A DNA stretch of 63,964 nt, counting the filler, from Polymyxa betae A26-41 (taxonomy: Eukaryota; Protista; Endomyxa: Phytomyxea): assembly GCA_003693705.1 (NCBI GenBank). It is 6 parts of 6 records of this genome, joined end to end, with 100 filler letters (N's around TTAATTAATTAA, not from the genome) between each part and the next. Parts side by side here need not be neighbours in the genome. Positions count along the whole stretch, not along the records: positions 1 to 14,296 come from RBZT01000471.1; 5 more parts are not named here. One strand, 5' to 3'. Shown here in pieces: positions 1-12,493 of this stretch. A program made the position numbers and the translations under genes. Below the pieces are notes generated by a model. The model made no database searches. It saw only the letters and a list, made by a program, of their open reading frames with translations, and had not been told where the DNA came from. Within the stretch, counting starts at the first letter, position 1, and every line of letters begins with the position of its first letter.

Positions 1-1397
1 GTTTCTGGTTTAAATTTGAGCTCCTTTTTCACATATTCATGACGTGTTATCTTACCATGAAATCGTTGATAGATTAACACAATTAGAAGACACAACACAA
101 CACCACCAGTTGATATGTATCATCAACCTAGACGCATCCAATGCAATCCAATTATAGTCAGTGTTGAGGTACTTCCGTTTCATGTGATGTTGCTCGGAGA
201 CGGGCAGAAGTGTACCGTGGCCCCGATCGGGGGGCGTACCAGCCACTGGAACCCGCCCACACCAATTCGTTCGGCTGCGTATATCTTTGTCTCACAGCAT
301 CTAACTACTATGCGAACAGTTAGCTGCAGAGTAAGTAATATATTTCGGATGAAGCGTCCCATCATTCGTGAATGTTTGAAGCAACACGCTGTACTGGAAA
401 CTGAATTGATGGGAGCTATATTGGTGTTCTTATCAGAATTTGAATATATCGCCAGACTTGTAGTTGTCTTAGCGATGTAACCCAGTAGTATATAAGCATG
501 ACGAACGGATCTTGCTCTCATGTATTGAATAAAACAAGGCTGCCTGACAGATTGATGACAAAAAATGAGCAACCAATGATCAGTGTCGGCCTTACAGCCA
601 GTATCTGTCACGGAGGCAAACAAAGCGTCGTCAAGGACGTCGGAATTTGTGCCTGTACAGCAATGAGCATTATTTGATGCTTTTGGCTCTAGATTATCTG
701 ATGTCCATTCCAGCAACTGTATGAGAAATGCAACTTGTCGAAGGGCACCATGAGCATGTTTAAGCCGAATAAAGTTGCACCAGCAAACAGGAAAATCGGA
801 AAAAGAAATGTCTCAATAATGTTATCGATAAACTTCGGATTCTGATGAGGCTACGAAAGCAGATAAATCTCTGCAATTGTGTATTCGATGGTAACTATAA
901 TGATAACACGTGATTGACGATATACGGAACACAAGCTTATTGCATTCATCTTTTAGGCACCATTCTCGACAGAAAATCGAACAGAAAAAGCCCAAACGCA
1001 TTTCCGGACAAGTGTTGCAAAGATGGTCAGATCGTGAGTTAAACGATTATTATATCCACTTTAGATACATTCTCACAGCTGTTTCTCTACTATACTATTG
1101 AAGGGCGTTATTAGATGACTGTTGTGACATGGAAGCAACTTCCATGTTTTCTCTGGGATCCGTTCAATCACGAAACACCAATAACGATGGTTCAGGTTCA
1201 ATTCAACATCCGGAATTCTGCATTCCGATAGCATTCTACGTAGAACTGGTTCTTCAAAATGAATCAATTCGAATCGCAGTCCGGGATAACATTGTATAAC
1301 TGCACTGGTGGTGGAGTGGTCTAACACGTACGATTCAGGTTCGTATCTTGCTTGCAAGGCGCGGGTTCGAATCCCGTCTGGTGCAATCTTTTTTTGG
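1..1397. repeat. Segmental duplication, copy A (paralog at 56046-57123)
   Basis: Contigs 1 and 5 begin with the same sequence (gtttctggtttaaatttgagctc...). They stay alignable, with indels, through the tRNA and its poly-T tract. Confidence 0.9.
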
Positions 1398-3244
1398 GCT
1401 CCAGTGTGTGGCTCTTGATAGCTATTAATGACAGAAATGCCCTTATGCTGATGTTCACCCGTTTATTAGCTTTGATTTCAATGCTGAGCCTGACGGATAA
1501 CGTCCACCATCAAATGGATTTTCTCCCAGGTCGTCTTCAAAGATCTCATCAGAAGACGATCTGGAATATCCACGGACTGTAACGTAACAATTCAGTCAGA
1601 TAGTGGAAGCACGAAACGAACTATCGTTACCTGTTCGGCGACCTTCTGGTCAGGATTAGGTAGACTGCAGCTGCTCAGCTGCAAGTCAGATTTTTTATGA
1701 CTCATCTGTAGGAAACATAACACAACAAACATGTAACGTAATTTCACGTAAACTCTGTGGCACCTTTCTGATCTTGTTCCGGGGCGTCTCTGAGATCTGG
1801 GTTGTGGTACGGGGCCGTTTAACCGACGAATTAGACATCTGTTGATGTTACAGAAGTGAATAACGTGATTGATTATGAATGGGTGCACTTCTGACATTTT
1901 TGCGTGGCTTCCGGGAACTGGTAGAGCCTGGTTCGACATGACTCTGTAACTTTAAGCCGAGATCAGCGAGTGGTAATGTTACAGAATTAGAGACAGGATC
2001 ATGATTTGATGAGTTCTGGGGATTAAGTTCATCAGTAGATGAAATGGATTGAAGGTCTGTCTCAGATTCAGACAGTTGAATTTCATTCATAATGTCCTGA
2101 AAGCTAGGGTTTAGGGTTTGAGCTCGTCCTTTTACAGTACACAGATATACCGGAATAAGTTCGCAATCGGAATTAAGAAGTTCTGTGAACGAACAGGGTG
2201 GAAACGAGTCGTCCTTTTACATTGTATGAGAAACATAAAAACATTCTCGACATGTAACATTGCAACAAACTCTACCTCAGCGGAATGTAATGTTACCGCA
2301 GTCCCTTCATGTAACATAACTTGACTTAACAAAGCAGGTTTGATCCCAATGTCTGGGAGGGTTGGTAACGAAGATGGGAACACGGCCTCCGCTGAGCCAT
2401 AGTTCACAGCCTGCAACATAAATATAACAGCATGGCAACATTATCACAGCTGGTACCTGTTTGGAATTATGTATCACATTTTCAAGCTCATTCGGACTGG
2501 AGCAGTTTCGAGGACCTTCGTCATAGCTACACGGGAATTGTAACGGGATAGTTTCCGCTGAAAGAATTTGGTCTTACAGGTCCAGGCATTCTCCAGTATC
2601 ATGAAATTTCCCGGCATCGTTGTCTGTAACATGAATCAAGAAGCATCTCAATAAATGCAACGATACGTTACACGCAACGGAGCATCTGATTGGTTGAATA
2701 ATAACTTCCGATTCCGGCTCCGATTCAACTCTGTCGCAGATTGTAGTACGCGACTCCTCTGAGACCGGCTGATGCAATACAGGAGCCTGTAACATTAACA
2801 GTCAGAGAATTTCGGGTAACTAAAAGCGGCTTACATGTACAGTATCGACACTGTCAAACTCTTGTATAGGGTTAGAGTTTAGTATATCGTCTATCCATTA
2901 TTCTCTATGAGCGCATCCGACATCGGTGCGGCCTCCAAACATGGGACCATCTCCGGTAACGTTATCAAATCCGGACAGGTAACGTCATCGAACACATCTT
3001 CGAGCATGTTCTCAGCAGTTTCCCACTCCTACACGTGACGTTACCAGCCGAACATGTAACATTACATCTATGTATCGTTACCCTGAAAGAGGGCACCGGC
3101 GGTGTCCCAGTAGAGAGGCTCCGGATGAGATAGATCCAGTATGTGATGGTTAAATTGATCATCATGAGATAAGACCGCCTCTGTGATGATCTGTGAGGCC
3201 ATCCAGACAGACAGAGCTGTAATCATCGAGTGACGTCGCCACAT
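690..3244 (-). pseudogene. Degenerate intron-rich member ('X') of the signal-peptide / tandem Cys-domain family, interrupted by tRNA-Leu
   Basis: Hydrophobic N-terminus MWRRHSMITALSVWMASQIITEAVLS (ATG 3244) with a donor at 3081. Several short introns, e.g. 1577-1630 (54 bp, phase 0). SVKRPR basic motif. Exon from 1576 reads SVDIPDRLLMRSLKTTWEKIHLMVDVI../RVNISIRAFL, matching KTTLKKLILV and KVNGKIRYSL of the paralogs. Beyond the tRNA, RRMLSECRIPDVELNLNH matches RIVRAKIADPKLNLRH. Stops and frameshifts present. Confidence 0.55.
1302..1385 (+). tRNA. tRNA-Leu (anticodon CAG)
   Basis: Acceptor GCACTGG/CTGGTGC with A73; D-arm GTG-GAGTGGTCTAA-CAC; anticodon stem TACGA/TCGTA with loop TTCAGGT; long variable arm; T-arm GCGGG-TTCGAAT-CCCGT; downstream T-tract Pol III terminator. 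Confidence 0.93.
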
Positions 3245-3499
3245 TGGTTGTTGTTCTGGAGAGACGTCTCCACAATAGTTTCTTGATGAGACTTGATTGA
3301 GACCATCCAATCTCGGATCTACGGACCATCTGACTACGGATTTTTTCACGATTGATCAAAGTCTGTTTGCTGGGCTTACCCCATCGCTTCACCTATTAAT
3401 TGAGTAACGCCTGAGAGCTATCGCCGTGGTCTACATCTTGATTCCGGCTCACTTGGGAGCTCGTAGTCAACCTTCATAAAATGTTGAAGGTGACCTGTT

Positions 3500-5000
3500 A
3501 ATTAAACTTGACTGCTTAATAGATTTTTGCTCTGTTACTGATTTCGTATCCATTTTTGATTTAAATCGACGGAGCTCTATTGAATCATCTGCAAGATTGA
3601 CCGCTGTTGGTGTTTGCGATGACAATAACGATTGCAAACGAATCTATGACCAGCAATAGTGCACCCTCATTGAGATGTAGCTGAAGTGATGGGGTGAAGT
3701 CAGGATCTTTCACTTAGAGAAAAATGATTGGTATTGGTCTTGTAAGCAATAAAGACTTCTAACTTGAGCTTTGATTAGAATCCATGAGAATAATGTGCTT
3801 AAGAGCAACATTTGATTTGGATCTGACAATGCGGTCATACAATTGTAGACTAAGAGGAATGAGAGCGTTTTAAATAATCTTGAAGATAAGCCGGACTGTC
3901 AGAAAACGATTTTTTACAGATAATTTGGCAGATTTGAACGATCAGATAATTTTCGCCAGTTTTGAAAGAATGTAACGAAATAAGAAACATCGCCAGAATT
4001 ACTTGAAGAATTCGATTCCAATTTGACACCAGGAATGCAGCTGTTCATCTCTAGGTAAGATATACTATCAATCCAGAAACAATGCCGGCCTAATTGAAGA
4101 GTTGCAAGGGCTCAATTTCAACTTTTCCTTCACTTTTCGGACGTCCTTTTGTTTGAACTTGAAGTGGATTGCGAATTCGTGACTCCGATTGATCTCTTTG
4201 GCGTATGATATTGATATATCAAATTATTCACTGATTTTGATTTGCCCTTTCATCGTACATATAGCTCCGTGCGTCACATAGCGAAAGTACGTTAATCTGC
4301 GACCTGTCGCCTACATAGCAGAGTCAGATTTTAAAATCATCACTCAGCTGAGTAGATGTTTGCTGTAATGCTTGTTGCTGTAATTGCGCCATGTCGACCG
4401 TCGCAATTTAAGTTAGAAGTCTTGTCATCTCCTTTCCCCTTCACTCTTCGATTCTATGAGCTTAAGCTTTTTGTGAAACCATTTCTTTTAGCAAATGATT
4501 TAGACACTTGAACTTTTTAAGGAGCTCATTGCTTTGCAGAGTTGCTTTGTCCCCTTCTGCTTGTTAGATGTGGCAGTGTTTGATTCCTTGAGGGTATTCT
4601 TGACACGGTTTTTAAGACGCTCCTCATTGAAAAAGTGCTCGGGATAAAAGACTTTGAACTCAACCATCAACTCATACAAGCGTCAGCAACATGGCTTCAA
4701 AAGGCAAACATTATTGCCTTCTTTTCACACAGAAGAAAGAAGTATTTGTAATGCATTCTTTCTCGTCTCACTGTATTCAGAGAGATATCGATAACAAGAC
4801 GACATGAGTGCGGTTAATTGCTCGTTTTGAAGCAATTAGCGACTCGCTTGCCAAGCGATGACGACTCAGATGAAACAATAACAGAGATATCTCTGCGTAG
4901 AATGCGCACCCCAAACTCGTAGCGAACTCCGATCGAGAACTACGGGATTGAATAATTTACGGATCTCTCTATGTATATGAATGGAAGATCACAATCCAGT
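3500..5000 (-). mobile_element. Highly decayed Mutator/MULE (FAR1-like) transposase remnant
   Basis: Broken minus-strand motifs: RVWGAHSTQRYL (cf. MULE 'RVEGAH'), a degenerate SWIM-like LP..SHV, and C-terminal IRNPLQVQTKGRPKS. No long ORF. Confidence 0.5.
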
Positions 5001-5182
5001 ATTCTTCGATATTCTACATCATACTTTCCATACTGTTAGTCAGTTAATGGGCTGTATTTCCATAATCTCGGCTTTTCGATAATTTCAGGAAAGAGCCGAT
5101 CACGATTGGCTTGCTACAGCTTGCCCAATAACGAAATCCACTGATAAGCAATGAATCGTCCGCATTATAATACAGCACAAGA

Positions 5183-8100
5183 TTATGTACCAAGTTTCCA
5201 GTCCATCACCGCCGTTCGTTTCCGTTTCCGGCATTGTTGACGCAGAAGGAAGCTTTTCACAAGTTGGAGCTCAGAATCCGAAGCCCTGAAAGCCGCCAAA
5301 TTCAGCGTGCATTGTAGATTGATGGGAACGTTGTCATCAACTAGATCGGCAGGAACTTTGCCTTCAACGACATTCGGTAACGAGTTGATTTCCTTCCTGA
5401 AACATAACAGGATCAGATACCGTAAGCAGTTTTGATACCGATATCACACAGGTCGTCCAGGAATCGTGCTGCGCGCTGAGCCAGGACCAGTACGACGTCG
5501 CCAAGCGCGTCAGGAGACAGCTTACCAATGATGGGCCGGATCGCCTCGTAACAGGAGTGTTGAGGTCCGTGGCGGAGTAGCCAGGTCAGGATATTTTGTC
5601 CGGAGATAACGGCCCGTTCCAAAGCGGCTGGGCGCCAGCACAGAATCGAAGACCGAAACAGAGTCCGATATGCAAACCAAATCGGCTAGAAGCTTGAGCT
5701 TTTCGGATTCTCTATACACGGAAAGAATTGAGACAGAATGCAATATGTCAACGAGAAGCTGAATATCACAGTCTAACGGAAGACAGAATTAAAAAAAGTT
5801 TCAAAAAGATTAGAAAAATAGTTTAAAAAGTGGAAACAGTTGGAATAGACCCAGCTGAAGCTAACAGAATGTGAAATGACGTACATTTGCAGATTGGGTG
5901 ACCTTGCAAAAACTGACGCAAGCTCGGGACGGAGACCGTCACTGTGTTCCAAAAGACGCAGCAGAAGGGAACAGACGACAGATTGCGATCGCTGCCTATA
6001 TTGATCCAGATCGTGTCCAACGAAAAGATTCGCTTTCAACGAGAACCTAAACAGCATTAGTGGCCAAATCCAAACATAAGGGAGCTCGCCCAACCTATGG
6101 TCCAGTACGAATCGTAACGATCGGAGTAGCAGTTCTCGGTGAGAGTCCATAATATTAACGGGTTTTCCGCTAAAGCGAGCGAATTCAGACCAATCGAAAA
6201 ACCGCGAAAAATATATAAGATCATGGTAATGTTATCTGAGATAATCGAGAAGGAAAACGGCATCGGCATCGGTCATGAGCTCGAACAGTAAATCAGGGCC
6301 TGGGGCGCTGGCAGCAAGCATGACTTCGGCCAAGCAATGGTTGCGCTGCGGCAGCGCCTCTGGCAGCCAGTACGACAAGACCTGGAGCCGGCCGACGTCG
6401 TTCTCGGCCCGCAGTGAATTCAGCAGAACCGGAGCGAAGATTCGAGCCCAGAGCGACGGCGATAAGCTGGCAAAATCCGCGCGGCATCTGGCCAGCGATT
6501 CCGGCGTCAGATAGTTCCGGACCCGTTGGACCTCGAAGCGCCACTCCGGATTTTCTCTATTGAAAACATTAGAAGACGACAGAAAAGAAGATGTATCAGA
6601 ACCACATAAAGTGAGAAATCAAAAATAAAGCACTGAAAAAAAGCACGCAAGGAACTGAGGAAACTTTGAGTACGACACGTACAAGATGAGAAACTTCAGA
6701 ACCGATTGCAGGGACTCCTGGGAGAATCCGCCATAGAGATCGTCGGAGAAGGCGACATCGTCGCCGTGCTCAATAGAGATGCCCTTTAAACTGCGGAGTA
6801 AATCCATGATGAGATCAGCCTCCAGCTCACCCAGAGCTGGGCCCGCCAGAGACGCAACCGTGCCAGCAATCGCAAGCTGATCGATGCACTCCGACTTCCT
6901 GAGCAGAGATGTCAGACAGCGAATGCCGTATAAAAAACGCACCAGAAAAAAAGCTAAAGGGAAATAATCAACCATTAACAGCAGATAAATTCATTGCCGA
7001 ATAGGAAGAGCTGATTATAATTTCGAAAGAGTTCAACAGGAAATGGAATGCAGCATTACAAGGCAGCTTTAGACAGGTCTGTGATTGCGGACTGAAATAG
7101 GTACGGGGAATCTGAGATCATGGCATGAAGGTTTCCGCCAACCTCAGCCAGTTCATCCTGCATTAGTGATGACAAAAACCTTGGAGTCCTGAACGCAGAA
7201 ATCACATTCAGATTATCATGCAAGAATGAAAAAAATCGTCAAATTTCGCGTTTCGAAGCACTGAATCGGGAAAAAACAACAATCATGACAAACGACAGAA
7301 TTTTTGCAAAATAAGAGGAAACAATCGGAAAAAAAATGCAGGAATCTAATATCAAATAACAATTACATCAATAACAAGTGAGCGATTTGGGAGAGAGAGT
7401 GTAAGAAAGGAACATGGATTATGAAAAGAGAACTTACAAGATTCGGACGATTCCGTTGATGATTTTCTGTTTCGATTTGGCGCTGAGACCCGCCAACAAA
7501 AGGCGCGGTTGCAGAGAACGACCAACGAACAGCCGCATAAAATGCCGACGGATAAATCGGACCCGTTCGCTTCATGCGCATGTTCACCAGTTTCACATTT
7601 AACATGTACAGATGGTGATGGTCCGGCCGGATTTGCTCCTCGTACCTGCGAAGGGCAGAGACTAAGAGTAGTTGAAATAAAAACTTCAAAAATGTCATGA
7701 ACTTGCGAAAGAAGAGTGATTAAAAAAATGAAACAAAAGCAATAAACGAAAAAAGCGAAAAGTTGAAGCAACGATACCTTGTACTAATGAGGATTTCGAG
7801 GATTGTTTTTCTCGACAACGGCTCCGGTTTGTTCAGTTCCGTGGAATTCATGCGCGACATAGCTGATATACTGGCCCGCCAAAACTGGTCCGAAACGTGC
7901 CCCAACACGGAGTACGAACTGAAGGAATGAATGCTGGTTTCCGGATAAAAGCCGAAGAAAACCGGCAGTGAACGTTTGGAGTCGAACTCGGCACGATTGT
8001 ATGCGATGGCGGCCGCCTCGTATATAGCCGCAACGGTCAGGTCGTCGTTCTGGGATACACTGATATGATCGGTTAGAGAATTTGATTAAAAAACAAAAAA

Positions 8101-9793
8101 AGATTAAAAACAGTTAGAAATGCAATAGTAAAGTAAAATATACAGACCAAAGATAAACAGAGTAACAAAAGAACAAAGGCCGCAGAACGATTGTAAGAAG
8201 GTCGTTATTATTGGGAATGCAACAAAAGCCTACAAGATGGAGACAAAAGATAGAAAAATATCCCCAACCAATAACAAGCCAGTTGAGATTTACCTATGAA
8301 TAACGTCCCATAAGTCTTGAGAAAGAAAGATTGATGACATATGAGGACCAAGGGCAGCAATAGCCCGAATCCATTTCGGGGCATTCTCGGCTAAAGTCTG
8401 TTCCTTCTTCCTGTAACGAATCAGAATTCAATCGTTTGACGACACAGCATCTGGTACATTTTCTTAAGCATCCTATTAATGATCGAGTTGATCAGTTCCA
8501 TCGGTACGATGCCGACAATCCGATCCAGCCCGTCTATCTCTTCAGATAGAATCATCTCGGTTATACTCCTTCGTAGCCATGAAAGGTCCCACACGTGGCC
8601 GAAACAGGGTGTTGGCCAGAAAATCCCACGAGCAACAGTCATGGCCTCGATAAGATGCGTGTTTAGACGATTTCCTCTGAAATAAAACATTCATATCACA
8701 TATGAAGAGAAAAACGTCATAATCATTATCCAACATAAACAGTTGTGAAAATGTGCACCGTCAAAATAACGAAACAATACTACAGTTAGCGTACCTTTCA
8801 ATTATGACAGATTCAATAAGACGAGTGACATGGTCGGAACTCAAATCCAGGCCCAGTACGCTCAAGGCCAGCACACAGCGTCCGGTGCGCTGAAACAAAC
8901 CCCGGAGTAGATCCAGATTCTGGTCTTCTTGCTGACCATATTCGGCCATGCGGGCAGCCACAGCGAATAGAAGGAGCAGCTTCCTTTGTTGATGGATCGT
9001 CAATTCCGCGTAATCCATTCTAAAAGAAAGACAATTTCTTGTTAGAGAACAAAATCAGCCAGATAAGCGAAAGTTAAAGAAAGTGAAAGAGATTCTGGCA
9101 GCAGAATCTAACTCAGAAGCACGAGAAGAATAAGCTAAAACATCGCCAAAATATGTAGAAAACCAGCAGATAGGTAAAAAGGAGAAAAAATTACTGGAAG
9201 AGTTTGTCAATGCAGTGGGCGATGGATTTCGGTCCGAAGCTAAGGATGATATTAGCAAGTCGTTGGACGAAAGCGCCATTCAGAGCGTGGCGTATCAAGG
9301 CCGATACAAGGGCGTCGCTGGCGTCCGGCAGGGCGCGCTGCACGAACGAGCGAGTCGGGTTCGGGCCGTAGAAGGCCAGGCCGAGCACGTGGTTGACGAT
9401 CCGACCTGCATGGACGTCGACAATGGCGTCCCAGGTCTTGGTCGACCCCAACACCACCAGCTGACGAAGTATCGAATAACATTCGAAGAAGTCGCCTTCA
9501 CCAGCCCTTTTCACCAGCTGACGGAACTTTTTTGTGAATTTGTGCGTACAGTCACATAAAAAGTATGTAAACCCCAATAAACTGAGGCGGCCGTTCAGAC
9601 GGAGAATCTGGATTGTTGAATGAACAGAATAAAGCCTCAATAATGGAAGCAAAAAATTGTAGGAGGAAAATGATAGAAGTAATCGAGCTACCTCTTCAGA
9701 TACGACCTCCTCGGAGCATCCGCCTATAAGAGGATCGACGACGCGGTTACCATCGGGAGTTATTCGATCCGAGATGCAGAGCAGAGCTCGCAT
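5183..9793 (-). CDS. Multi-exon host gene, large alpha-helical (HEAT/ARM-like) protein with C-terminal RKRKR; identity unknown
   Basis: Alternating GC-richer Leu/Ala-rich coding blocks (e.g. LWARIFAPVLLNSLRAENDVGRLQVLSYWLPEAL; IRCLTSLLRKSECIDQLAIAG) and T-rich GT-AG introns. Last exon ...QQCRKRKRTAVMDWKLGT* with stop at 5183. Start and exact splicing not resolved. Confidence 0.7.
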
Positions 9794-9899
9794 CTGTAAC
9801 AGTTCTGATATGGAGCGCTGATCAACCCGCCATGGAGCGAGGCCTTTCTTTATCCAACCAGTCTCAACATCTAGCAGAGAGCTCAGTTATTTCCCCATA

Positions 9900-12223
9900 C
9901 TGTACAAGCCAAGCAATCCCCTTCCTGATACTGAGCCTATCTGAGACCTTGGCTGCAATCAGCTCTAATGCTGCAGAGTTTCTGGAAGAGAACTATGGTG
10001 GTGTCTCTCCTCCCGACCTCCAGGTTACAGACACCGGATCTGAAAGAAGCCACATCTCTTTAACATCCATTATAGGAACCCCTTCACCTAAATTCATGCT
10101 CAATCCAAGACTACTCGGATCTTCCCAATTTAAACAACCTCTTTAACCTGGATGTAGATTTTGATGTACGAAATAATATGTAGCTGTGATGATATGAAAT
10201 TTATCATTCAGATATTCAATGAGAATGAAATTCCTGATATGTTGGACACCCGACTTGATATTGGAACTTTATCAACATCAACATCTTTATTACATCATAC
10301 AGATAATGTGCCTGCTCTACCTCCTATTCAGGAAACTATCAATGTGATATTTCGTTATCATGTCTCATGTCTAAACAATCTCTGAGATTTTCATAATCAG
10401 AATGATGAACCAGTTGAAATTATTTCCCGGAAACGTCCTCGTATCGAAGAGATATCAATGACTATAACTGTCTTTGCAAGTTTCTGGTGACCTTATGATG
10501 AGCCGTTCTGTCTCTCTGTATATTGACTGTAGATTAGATCAAAGAGCCCAATGATGAAGAACTTCACTCTCTGTCTTCAGCTTATGATGATGCAGTTCAA
10601 TGCTCCGTGATCAACACTCCATTCATTATCAATATAAAAGGACATGATCTGAATATGAGCGAAATCAAACAAATCCGTTATGCTCAGAGCACATTACAGA
10701 AGCTGATTTTGATTGCGAATTTGTATCGGAAAATGATCTGGGCCTCCCGGACATATGATTGGTCTTGGAGGAAAGTTAATGGGAAAATTCGGTATTCCCT
10801 GTATGAGCTGTGTCATCCTGTATTGCGTTGTGTCGTGAAATGCTGCCAGAAAGATCTCCGGAAGTTTCAAACGCTCTGGGGGAATCCTTTCAGTCCAAGG
10901 AAGCTCCATATGAGATGTTTCGGAGATAAATGCCCATCAAAACTGTTAAATGCCTATCCGACTATGAATCAGGTCCGAGGTAGTTCTTTCATCTCTATTG
11001 ACCCTCCTGATCTACAGACTGACAACAATCCTGCCGTAAAACTGATGAAATTTGGTTCACCAGAACAGGATTTTCTGCCAAATTTGGGCATGCATTTTGA
11101 ATTCGGAAAGGTTTTTGATTTTGGTGTGGAGAAGATCACAAACTACACTACTCTGTGCGCTTTTCTGGTGAGATTTTTCCATTATAAAATGGGAATCTCA
11201 CTCTGAATCTGAAATTCAGAAAAAACAGCCTGATGGTGACGAATACGCGTTTCTTACAGATACAAACATATTGTTCTCATCAAATAGCAGAAAACGTGCC
11301 GCAAAAAGCCCCATTATTATCAATGTTCTCGATGATCAGCTCATATTGACCGAAATCTCGGAAATCTCAAGTTCGGAGACCACGTTAGAAAAGTTGATAT
11401 TGGTGGCCAGTCTATGTCGAAAAATAGTTCTGGCCAAGATTACCGACCCGAAATTGGACATGAAACGTGAAGGCTGTGACCATTGGCTGCGGGATACATG
11501 TTACCCAGTACTTTCCTGCATTAGAATTTGCTGTCAGAATGATCTTCGGATCTTTCAAGCTCGTTGGGGGATCCCGTTCCCGCATAGTCATTTTCGAATG
11601 CTTTGTTCTAGACACAAAGGCAAAAGTAAACAGTGCGGATTTGAGACTCTCATTGTCAGTAACGATAAGAAATACTCCATCAAATCACAACTAGTTTGTG
11701 ATAGGGAAGATCATGCGCATTTCTTATTGAGATATTCTATGAAGGGATTGAGACGGTATTACTGTGTCAAGTTTTTTTGTGTTTTCTAAATATATCACAG
11801 AAACTCATGTTGGAGTGTCTTCAGCGAATGAATAGTTACATGAAGAAGAAGCGGATAGAGAAGGACTTGCTAATTGTCTATTGAGATATTCTCTGAAAGG
11901 ATTCGAGACGGTATCACTGTGTTCATGTTTATTGGTATTTTCTGAATATATCACAGAAGCTCATGTTGGAGTGTATTCAGCGAATGAATAGTGAACTGAA
12001 GGAGCAGAGTTCGAAGCCATCATCTGATCTGAGTGAATATCTCCGAGATTCTTTAAATCCGATATTATACTGTCTTAAACATCATTGTAATAATGATGTC
12101 AATTATTTCTCTCATATATTTGGAGTCTATGTGGATCATTATCAATTTCAACGCAATCACTGTCCTGGACATACTGGACAATGTCCTGCTCTATCTGCAG
12201 TGCATTCTCACCAAAGTATTTAA
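9900..12223 (+). pseudogene. Family member 'Y': signal-peptide-like N-terminus, RKRPR, three tandem Cys domains; frameshifted
   Basis: QAIPFLILSLSETLA hydrophobic segment. Intron positions shared with 57373-59644 (e.g. 11168-11219). Domains at ~10620-10930, ~11310-11620 and ~11860-12190. Frameshifts near 10450 and 11750, plus an internal 154-bp duplication. Confidence 0.8.
11700..12007 (+). repeat. 154-bp tandem duplication of an exon-intron-exon unit
   Basis: gatagggaagatc...atgaatagttac (starts 11700) followed by gatagagaaggac...atgaatagtgaac (starts 11854). Confidence 0.9.
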
Positions 12224-12278
12224 TCAGTAAAGAATGTTTAATTTGTCTCAGCTCTACAAGTGGAGTTGAATACCATAA

Positions 12279-12345
12279 TCCAAAAATGACAAATTATTTT
12301 CCAAAAATGACAAACCCTAATCCAAAAATGACAAACCCTAAGGGT
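12279..12345 (+). repeat. Three tandem CCAAAAATGACAAA units (subterminal repeats of an unclassified DNA element)
   Basis: ccaaaaatgacaaa at ~12280, 12301 and 12323. Same motif at 23290-23413 and 24661. Confidence 0.75.
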
Positions 12346-12493
12346 GAGCAAGGCGGCCGTTTCCTGGCCGTGGCTGCCGGTAAATCCTGGCTGCGGTTTC
12401 TTCGGAACGAGGGTTTTCCCAAATGGGTTTTATTATATTCTTACAAAAAATTCTAATTAAGTGATGATGTTGGACGCTGTCTAGAATCACCCT

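Noticed and set aside
1073-1357. ORFs MQARYEPESYVLDHSTTSA and MQGAGSNPVW conserved in two contigs
   Set aside because: The identical N-termini are simply translations of the conserved tRNA gene.
1302-1385. tRNA-Sec (TCA in the loop) or a CUG-reassigning tRNA
   Set aside because: In the 7-nt loop TTCAGGT positions 34-36 are CAG. U33, G37, A73, the 7-bp acceptor stem and the absence of G3:U70 all fit ordinary Leu identity.
1-3400. Non-LTR (LINE) retrotransposon and a GTAAC/GTTAC motif system
   Set aside because: No convincing endonuclease or RT motifs. Many GTAAC/TTACAG words coincide with splice donors/acceptors and intron sequence of an intron-rich gene.
6275-6544. Naming the helical gene THADA/TRM732
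   Set aside because: Based on one short loose motif only; no diagnostic domain recognised.
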